Positions 42,487-49,096 of a DNA stretch of 64,000 nt are shown here, one piece after another. This stretch comes from an uncultured Gemmatimonadales bacterium (GTDB taxonomy: Bacteria > Gemmatimonadota > Gemmatimonadetes > Longimicrobiales > RSA9): the NCBI GenBank assembly GCA_963708135.1, contig OY970192.1, positions 3,552,001-3,616,000 of the forward strand, written 5' to 3'. The notes under the pieces are model-generated. The model saw only the letters and a program-made list of their open reading frames with translations, did not search any database and had not been told where the DNA came from. Within the stretch, counting starts at the first letter, position 1. The number at the start of each line of letters is the position of its first letter. The position numbers and the translations under genes were made by a program.

Positions 42487-43460
42487 CACCGCGCCGGCAC
42501 CGGCGGCTGGAACGTGCAGTCCTTCGTCCCCGGCGGACTGCGGCCGGCCGCGCACTGCCGCGCCGCGGCGAGCGCGGCCTCGATCGAGTGGTAGCCGAGC
42601 CACGGCGCCGGCGCCGCGACGTGGCTCCAGTCCCAGGTCCTGGCCGGCGTGCCGATGATCTTCAGCCGTCCGCTCCCGAAGCCGAGCACCCAGCGGCGGA
42701 ACGCGACGTACGCCGCGCGCGTGGCCGGGTGGCGGACGTCGCCGTCGCCGATCACCACGTCCACGGCGCGGCCGTAGGAGTGCATGGAGGTGGCGGTGAA
42801 GGTGTGGCCGTCCCCGCGGCTCATGAGGTACGCCTCGCGCTCGGGCGAGCGGTAGGTCTCGACCACGCGGATGCGGTAGTTCCGGGCGCGCGCCGCGCGC
42901 AGCATGCGCTCGAAGAGCGGGCGCACGGCCGGGTCGAGGCGGGCGAGCGAGGTGTCGGCCACACGCGCGAAGGACGGGAACTCCGAGCCGTGCATCGCGA
43001 GCACCCGCTGCTTGACGTGGGCCCAGCTCTCGCCCGGCCGGCGCAGCGACGCGAAGCCGAGGCTGAAGGAGAAGACCTCGTCGGTACGGCCGTGGTCCGG
43101 CGTCAGGTCGTATTTCAGGATTGCCGTGGCCGACGAGTCGCTGAGGTAGAGGCGCCGCGGATCGCCGACCCCGAACACCTGCCGCAGAAGGCTCGCCTCC
43201 TCGGGCGTGAAGGCGCGCCGTGCATAGTTCGGGACGCCATGCGCGTCCCGGCCGGCGTAGGCCAGCCGGGTGCCGCCGGTGTCGGCCGGCACACGCACGG
43301 CGACCTCCGAATCCGCCGCCGCCCTCCGCCCTCCTGCGGGATCCTGCGCCGCCTCCCCGCGGGACCCGCGGCACTGGCCGAGCGCCGCCGCGACGAGCAC
43401 GACCGTCGACAGTCGGGCCGCCAGCCGCCGCGGTGGCCGCGGTCCTCGCGCCATTCCCAT
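42486..43460 (-). CDS. M15 family metallopeptidase (peptidoglycan peptidase-like), exported
   Basis: ETYRSPERE, SMHSYGRAVD (SxHxxGxAxD zinc motif), WDWSHV. Confidence 0.8.
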   Translation of the reverse strand: MGMARGPRPPRRLAARLSTVVLVAAALGQCRGSRGEAAQDPAGGRRAAADSEVAVRVPADTGGTRLAYAGRDAHGVPNYARRAFTPEEASLLRQVFGVGDPRRLYLSDSSATAILKYDLTPDHGRTDEVFSFSLGFASLRRPGESWAHVKQRVLAMHGSEFPSFARVADTSLARLDPAVRPLFERMLRAARARNYRIRVVETYRSPEREAYLMSRGDGHTFTATSMHSYGRAVDVVIGDGDVRHPATRAAYVAFRRWVLGFGSGRLKIIGTPARTWDWSHVAAPAPWLGYHSIEAALAAARQCAAGRSPPGTKDCTFQPPVPAR

Positions 43461-43480
43461 CCTCCCTGCGGTTCGGCCGC

Positions 43481-44230
43481 TCAGTACGTCTTCTCGACGT
43501 TGTCCACGTCCTCCAGGAACTTCGTCGCCTGCGTGGAGAAGCGGGCCGAGCTCCGCCGCGCCACGGCTTTCTGCAAGGCGGCGATCTCGGCGCGGATCCG
43601 CTGGTCGAGGCGGGGGCTCTTCTGCTTCACATGCGCGGCGACCGCGCCATAGTTCTGCCGCATCTCGGTGACCGCGTCGCCAGCCGGCCCCCAGTGCCCC
43701 TGCTTCGCGTCGTAGAGCCCGTCCCGTCCCGCCACATCCATGTAGGCAACCTGGATCGGCACCGTCGTCGGGTAGGGCGCCATCATCGCGGTGAGGGCCC
43801 GGCTCATCGAGTTGGCCGCCTGCAGCGCGGGGTAGCGCTGATGGGCGCGGACGGCCGTAGCGAGCGAATCGACCGAGGCGGTATAGAACCCGACGTTGCT
43901 GGACGCGGCCCCCGTCGCCGAGAGCGTATCCGTGAGCGTCCGCAGGCCCGAGAGCTTCGACTGCGCGGCCGCCCAGCTCCCGTTCTGGATGTCGTCCTGG
44001 ATGTCCTGGGCGAGGCCCTCGGCCTTCTCGAGCGAGGCGGGCATGGGCACCCCGGGCGCCGGCGCCGCGGCGGCGCTGCCCGGGGGCGCGGCAGGCATGA
44101 CCGCGGCGGTCGTGCCGGCCGGCGCGGCGGCGGCCGCGGCCGGCGCGGAGCCGTTCTGCCGGCTGGAGCCGCCGCAGGCGGCCAGAAGCAGCGCGACGGC
44201 GCTCCAGTGAACGGGTCGGTTCCAGCGCAT
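43481..44230 (-). CDS. Helical lipoprotein of unknown function, copy A
   Basis: Lipobox LLAAC, Ala/Pro linker, domain clearly homologous to 44959-45702. Confidence 0.8.
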   Translation of the reverse strand: MRWNRPVHWSAVALLLAACGGSSRQNGSAPAAAAAAPAGTTAAVMPAAPPGSAAAAPAPGVPMPASLEKAEGLAQDIQDDIQNGSWAAAQSKLSGLRTLTDTLSATGAASSNVGFYTASVDSLATAVRAHQRYPALQAANSMSRALTAMMAPYPTTVPIQVAYMDVAGRDGLYDAKQGHWGPAGDAVTEMRQNYGAVAAHVKQKSPRLDQRIRAEIAALQKAVARRSSARFSTQATKFLEDVDNVEKTY

Positions 44231-44274
44231 GGGATCTCTGCTCCGGCTGTCGGTCCGCTTCGGTTCCTGTCGGG

Positions 44275-44302
44275 AGGAGCGCGCCACGCCGGTGGTTGTG
44301 AC
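44275..44302 (-). promoter_or_regulatory. Putative ECF sigma promoter, copy 1 (lipoprotein A operon)
   Basis: Minus strand GTCACAA-N14-CGCTCCT. Confidence 0.75.
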
Positions 44303-44362
44303 AGGGCGTGGGGCGCCGCAGCGGGCCGGATCCGGCGCGGCGGTGCTTCTGTCCCGTCCGCC

Positions 44363-44390
44363 GTCACAAAGACCGGGCTCGGGCGCTCCT
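44363..44390 (+). promoter_or_regulatory. Putative ECF sigma promoter, copy 2 (truncated sigma)
   Basis: GTCACAA-N14-CGCTCCT. Confidence 0.75.
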
Positions 44391-44427
44391 AGGGTTGACC
44401 GGCACGAAGAGAAAGGCACACCGCGCC

Positions 44428-44739
44428 GTGAGACGGGAGAGGCAATCGGGGCTTCGACGCGGCGTCTCGCGGCGCCGCCGGCTGCGCCAGCACCGTCCGC
44501 CGACGGCGTTCGCCGGCGATGCGGACCCGGGCCCGGAGGCGCGCCGCGCGGCGCGGGCGGCGTTGGACCGGCTGGAGGAACGGGAGCGTCGCCTGCTGCT
44601 GTTGCGGCACGAGGGGTTCAGCTACCGCGAGATCGCGGAGGCGCTGGGGGTGGCGGAGACGAGTGTCGGAAGCCTGCTGCTGCGCGCGAAGCGGGCGTTC
44701 CGCGCGGCCTGCGAGGAGGAAGAACATGCACACCAGTGA
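44428..44739 (+). pseudogene. ECF sigma factor duplicate lacking region 2 (open sigma4-only ORF, 103 aa)
   Basis: LEERERRLLLLRHEGFSYREIAEALGVAETSVGSLLLRAKRAF is nearly identical to 45860-46387; the 5' ends are also homologous but the middle is absent. Confidence 0.8.
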
Positions 44740-44940
44740 GCAGGCGCTTCAGACGTACGCCGACGGCGAGGGGGGGCCGCGCGGGAGGACATTGCCGAGC
44801 ACCTCGCCGGGTGCGAGGCGTGTGCCGGCCGGCTCGCGGCACTGCGGGCCGAGGACGCAGATCTCGCCGCCACGCTGACCACTCCGGGGGACCCAGCGCC
44901 CGCGGTGGCCTCCGTGAAGCGCACGCCAGCCAGGCCCCCG
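44726..44940 (+). pseudogene. zf-HC2 anti-sigma factor remnant
   Basis: MHTSEQALQTYADGE, a frameshift around the G7 run at 44770-44776, then IAEHLAGCEACAGRLAAL (HxxxCxxC); truncated before any TM segment. Confidence 0.7.
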
Positions 44941-44958
44941 GCACATCCGTGCGCCCGC

Positions 44959-45702
44959 TCAGTACATCCTTTCGACGTTGTCCACATCGTCCAGGAAGCG
45001 CTTCGCCGCGGCCGTGAAGCGTGACGCGCTCCGGCTCTGGATCGCCTGCCGCATCGCCGCCAGCTCGGTCGTGATGCGGCCGTCCACCGCCGGCGCTTTC
45101 TGCTTCACGTGGCTCCGGACCGCGCCGTAGCTCTGCTGCATCTCCGCCACCGCCTGCCCCGCCGCCCTCCAGTGCCCCTGCTGCGCGTCGTACAGCCCGT
45201 CGCGGCCCGCCACGTCCATGGAGGCGACGTCGATCGGCACCGCCGTGGCGTAGCGCGCCATCATGGCGTTGAGCGTGCGGCCAATGTGGTTCGCCGCCTC
45301 CAGCGCGGGGTACCGGCTGCGCGAACGTACCGCCGCAGCGAGCGAATCGAGCGCCCTGGTGTAGGACGCGAGGCTGGCCTGCGCGGCCTGGGTCGCGGCG
45401 ATGCTGTCCCGGAGCGAGCGAAGCCCCGAGATCTTCGCGGCGGCGGCGGACCAGCCGCGGTTCTGGATGTCGTCCTGAATGTCCTCCGCCAGCCCCTCGG
45501 CCTTCTCGAACGACGTCGGCATGGCCCGCGCGGTCGTGGTGTCGGCGGCGGGGGCGCCGGCGGCCGCCGGGGCTGCAGGGGTGGAGCCGGCGGGGGCCTG
45601 CTCGGCCAGCGGCGCGCCTGCGCTGCTCTGCTGCGGGTTGCCGCCACACGCGACGAGAGCGAAGGCGACCGCCGCCGCTCGAATCGGATCCGTCCAGCGC
45701 AT
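44959..45702 (-). CDS. Helical lipoprotein of unknown function, copy B
   Basis: Lipobox LVAC; shares EKAEGLAxDIQDDIQN, MDVAGRDGLYDA, HVKQK and FLxDVDNVE with copy A. Confidence 0.82.
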   Translation of the reverse strand: MRWTDPIRAAAVAFALVACGGNPQQSSAGAPLAEQAPAGSTPAAPAAAGAPAADTTTARAMPTSFEKAEGLAEDIQDDIQNRGWSAAAAKISGLRSLRDSIAATQAAQASLASYTRALDSLAAAVRSRSRYPALEAANHIGRTLNAMMARYATAVPIDVASMDVAGRDGLYDAQQGHWRAAGQAVAEMQQSYGAVRSHVKQKAPAVDGRITTELAAMRQAIQSRSASRFTAAAKRFLDDVDNVERMY

Positions 45703-45743
45703 CGGGTGTCACTCCGCTCTGCGGTTCCTCGCGGTTCACTGAG

Positions 45744-45771
45744 AGGAGCGCGTGGGGCGGCGCTTTGTGAC
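45744..45771 (-). promoter_or_regulatory. Putative ECF sigma promoter, copy 3 (lipoprotein B)
   Basis: Minus strand GTCACAA-N14-CGCTCCT. Confidence 0.75.
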
Positions 45772-45795
45772 AGCGGCGCGCCGGCGGAGCGGGAC

Positions 45796-45823
45796 GTCAC
45801 AAACGGCGCGCTCATGCGCTCCT
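45796..45823 (+). promoter_or_regulatory. Putative ECF sigma promoter, copy 4 (autoregulatory, sigma operon)
   Basis: GTCACAA-N14-CGCTCCT. Confidence 0.75.
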
Positions 45824-45859
45824 CCACTGACCAGCAAGACGAGAGAGGCGACTCCGAAG

Positions 45860-46387
45860 GTGAGACCGGGGAAGGGGCGGGGCTTCGACGCGGAGTTCCG
45901 CGTGGTGTTCGAGGAGCGGTTCGAGGCGCTGTTCGGCTACCTCGATCGGCTGGCGGGCGACGGGGCGCTGGCCTCCGACATCGCGCAGGAGGCGTTCGTC
46001 CGTCTCTACGCGCGCGGCAGGATGCCGGACCGCCCCGCGAGCTGGCTGGTGACCGTGGCGAACAACCTGTTCCGTTCGTCGCGCCGCGATTCGGCACGGC
46101 GTCGGAAGCTGCGGGCGATGCGTCCGGCGACGGCGTTCACGGGCGACCCCGCGCCGGAGCCGGACGAGGCGCTGGAGCGCGCGGAGCGCCGCAGGGCCGC
46201 GGAGTCGGCGCTCGCGCGGCTGGAGGAGCGGGAGCGTCGCCTGCTGCTGCTCCGGCACGAGGGATTCAGCTACCGCGAGATCGCGCAGGCGCTGGACCTG
46301 GCCGAAAGCAGTGTGGGCAGCCTGCTGCTGCGGGCGAAGCGGTCGTTCCGCGCGGCTTACGAGGAGAGGGATCATGCATCTCGGTGA
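45860..46387 (+). CDS. ECF RNA polymerase sigma factor
   Basis: ASDIAQEAFVRL, SWLVTVANN (region 2); LLLRHEGFSYREIAQAL...SVGSLLLRA (region 4); GTG start inferred from alignment with the duplicate. Confidence 0.92.
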   Translation: MRPGKGRGFDAEFRVVFEERFEALFGYLDRLAGDGALASDIAQEAFVRLYARGRMPDRPASWLVTVANNLFRSSRRDSARRRKLRAMRPATAFTGDPAPEPDEALERAERRRAAESALARLEERERRLLLLRHEGFSYREIAQALDLAESSVGSLLLRAKRSFRAAYEERDHASR

Positions 46388-47117
46388 GGAGGTCCTGCAG
46401 GAGCTCGCGGACGGCGCGGCGGGAGGGGACGAGCCGCGGATCCGCCGTCACCTGGACGGTTGCGCCACGTGTGCGGCGCGGCTGGAGGCCATCGTGGTGG
46501 AGGACGGGGAGGTGGAAGCGCTGCTTCGTTCGCTGGGCCATCCGGTCCCGCTGGTGAGCGTGGAGGATCTCGCCCGTCGCGGTCGGGCGCGGCGCCCGCG
46601 CCCGCGGGTGGCTCTCGCGGCCGCGGTCGCACTCCTCGTCCTGGCGGGGGGCGCCGCTGCGGCCATGAGCAGCGAGACGGTGCGGGGCATGGTGGGACGG
46701 GCGTGGCAGAGCGTGATCGGGCGTGGCGGGGCCGCGGCGGCGCCGGCGGCGCGCCCCCCGGCCGGGGACCAGACGCCACCGCTGGGAACCGGCATCGCCT
46801 TCGCGCCCGGGCGCACTGTCGAGATCGAGTTCCTGGCCGCGCAGGACGTCGGGACGCTCGAGATCACGGCCTCGCCGGACTCGCTGGTACACGTGGACCC
46901 GGTGGGCGGCACGGGCCGCTTCAGCATCGGCTCGGCGGGCGTGCGGATCGACAATGCGGGGTCGAGCGCCAGCTACCGGATCGCGCTCCCGACCGACGTG
47001 CTGGAGGCACGCGTGCGGGTGGCGGGCCGGGTCGTCGCGGAGCAGAGGGACGGCCGGATCGCGTCCGTGCCGGGCGGCCGGAACGGCGAGCGGCTGGTGG
47101 TGCCGCTGCGGCGCTGA
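46374..47117 (+). CDS. Zinc-finger (zf-HC2) transmembrane anti-sigma factor
   Basis: HLDGCATC, TM helix, periplasmic beta-rich domain; start overlaps the sigma stop. Confidence 0.85.
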   Translation: MHLGEEVLQELADGAAGGDEPRIRRHLDGCATCAARLEAIVVEDGEVEALLRSLGHPVPLVSVEDLARRGRARRPRPRVALAAAVALLVLAGGAAAAMSSETVRGMVGRAWQSVIGRGGAAAAPAARPPAGDQTPPLGTGIAFAPGRTVEIEFLAAQDVGTLEITASPDSLVHVDPVGGTGRFSIGSAGVRIDNAGSSASYRIALPTDVLEARVRVAGRVVAEQRDGRIASVPGGRNGERLVVPLRR

Positions 47118-47126
47118 GAGGGCGCG

Positions 47127-48455
47127 ATGGTAGACGAAACGGCGTCGAGCACGTGGCTGTTCCGGGCGTCCAGCCTGCTCACCGACCGCTTCCCTGAGGG
47201 GGGTGCCCGGCTGCTGGACGCGCTGGTGCGGGCGTCGGCGGGAAGCTCGCTGCTGCGCTCCCACGTCATGGCCAGCGCGCGCGCGGCGGTGGGCCGGGTG
47301 CGCTCCTTTCGGCGGATCCTGGTGGTGCCGGACCTGAACATCGGCGACGCGGTCATGCTGCAGGCGGCCGTGGTCGGATTGCGCGACTATTTCCCCGCGG
47401 CGGAGATCGACTACGCGGCCTCACGCCTGGCGCGGGACCTCGTCGAGGGAAGTGACGAAATCACGAACGTCCACCCGGCGCTCCGCTCCACGCCCCATCC
47501 GGGGGCGGGCGATGCCCGCGGTGTGCGCTGGCTGACCACCGCGCGCCGCTACGACCTGGTATTCAATTTCTGCGCGTTCTTCCCCGACGCCGCGCTGGTG
47601 CCAGCCGGGACGCCCGTGGTGGGCTTCGCGGCACTGGCCGCGCAGCTGCTCCACGCCACCAGGCTGCGGGACGCGCCCGCGCACGTGGTGGCGCAGACGC
47701 ACGCGCTCGTCCACGAGCTTCTTTCGCCTCTCCACACGCCGGTTCGGGGGCGGCCGTTCACCGGCGTCTCCATCACGCTGTCGGACGAGGCGGCCGAGCG
47801 GGGCGCGGAACTCGTGGGCCGGATGCGCACGGACGGGCTGCCCCTCGTCCTGGTGAACCCCGACTCCTCCTCCCGCTTCACCCGCCCGCCCATCGAGCTT
47901 CAGGCGCGCCTGCTGCAGGCCCTGCTCGCCCTTCCCTGCACGCCCGTGCTGGGGGCCGGCCACACCGAGCCAGGGATCGAGGCGAGGATCCTGGCGCGGC
48001 TGCCGCGCGCCGCGCGCTCTCGCATCCAGGTGCTGTCCGCCAGCACCCCCATCGACGCGTACGCCGCGGTCGTGGATGCGGCGGCCGTCTTCATCTCCGG
48101 GGATACCGGCCCGCTCCATCTCGCCGCGGCACGGAAGACCAGCCGGTCGGGGCGCATAGGCTTTCGCAACCGCACCGCCGTTCTAGCCCTGTTCGGCGCC
48201 ACGCCAGCCCGGCTCTACGGCTACGACTCCGCGCGCGCGGGCTTCCTGGCCGCCAACCAGGAGGCACCCTCCTTCGCGCACGCCGGCGCGAGCCCCTGCC
48301 GCAACCTCACCTGCATCCACAAGTCGGCCAAGAGCTGCGGCAGCGTACGCTGCTTCCACGCCCTGGATATCGACGCCGTCCTTGGCGACATCCGGCGCGC
48401 ACTCGGCGCCGCGTGGGCGAACGCGCGCGCGCGGGCGGTGGCGGAACCGGCGTGA
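47127..48455 (+). CDS. Glycosyltransferase family 9 (heptosyltransferase-like)
   Basis: NIGDAVM, FISGDTGPLHLAAA, LALFGAT, Cys-rich C-terminus. Confidence 0.85.
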   Translation: MVDETASSTWLFRASSLLTDRFPEGGARLLDALVRASAGSSLLRSHVMASARAAVGRVRSFRRILVVPDLNIGDAVMLQAAVVGLRDYFPAAEIDYAASRLARDLVEGSDEITNVHPALRSTPHPGAGDARGVRWLTTARRYDLVFNFCAFFPDAALVPAGTPVVGFAALAAQLLHATRLRDAPAHVVAQTHALVHELLSPLHTPVRGRPFTGVSITLSDEAAERGAELVGRMRTDGLPLVLVNPDSSSRFTRPPIELQARLLQALLALPCTPVLGAGHTEPGIEARILARLPRAARSRIQVLSASTPIDAYAAVVDAAAVFISGDTGPLHLAAARKTSRSGRIGFRNRTAVLALFGATPARLYGYDSARAGFLAANQEAPSFAHAGASPCRNLTCIHKSAKSCGSVRCFHALDIDAVLGDIRRALGAAWANARARAVAEPA

Positions 48456-49096
48456 ACCGCGCGCTGCTCCTGCTCCTGGCGTACGGCCTGGGATTCCTGG
48501 CCGCGATCCCGATCGGCGCGACCCAGGTCGAGATCGCGAAGCGCGCGCTGGTGGGCCGCCTCGACACGGCGCTCATGATCGTCCTCGGCTCGGTGGCCTC
48601 GGATGTCGGCTACGGCGCGGTCGCGCTGTTCGGCCTGGCGCCGTTCCTCGAGAGCCCCATGGCAAGGGCGCTCTTCGGGCTCCTTGGAGGTGCGGTGCTG
48701 CTGGTGCTGGCGTTCTTCACCTTCCGCCATGTGGCGCGCGTCCGCAAGATCGACACCGGCAGCCGCGCCCTGCGCAGCCGGCCGCTCTCCCTCCTTACGG
48801 GCTTCACGCTGGCCGTGACCAACCCGCCGATCATGCTGTGGTGGCTGGTGGGAGCGAAGCTGGCCGTGGACCTCGGAATGACGCCGCGATTCACCCCTCG
48901 CGTGGCCACCGGCTTCCTCGCGTTTGGCGGACTCGGCCTGGGCTCCTATCTCACGATCCTGGCGCTCGTGCTTCGCCGCGTGAAGCACATGATCTCCCCG
49001 CGGTTGCAGCGCCGCGTGCACCTCGCGCTCGGGGTCCTACTGATCCTGCTCGCCGGTTTCCTGCTAGTCACGGGACTCCGCGACCTGCGCGCTTGA
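48452..49096 (+). CDS. LysE family translocator
   Basis: GFLAAIPIGA, GFTLAVTNPPIMLWW, multiple TMs; GTGA overlap with GT9. Confidence 0.8.
   Translation: MNRALLLLLAYGLGFLAAIPIGATQVEIAKRALVGRLDTALMIVLGSVASDVGYGAVALFGLAPFLESPMARALFGLLGGAVLLVLAFFTFRHVARVRKIDTGSRALRSRPLSLLTGFTLAVTNPPIMLWWLVGAKLAVDLGMTPRFTPRVATGFLAFGGLGLGSYLTILALVLRRVKHMISPRLQRRVHLALGVLLILLAGFLLVTGLRDLRA

Noticed and set aside
39823..43374. 1183-aa ORF as a giant TolC-MFP-RND fusion
   Set aside because: The frame contains the TolC signal region and the MFP/RND chimera, but the intervening stretches are off-frame shadows of the TolC and M15 genes
42486..43460. M15 peptidase as a vanY/vanX glycopeptide-resistance gene
   Set aside because: No D-Ala-D-Lac ligase or dehydrogenase nearby; motifs support only the family-level call
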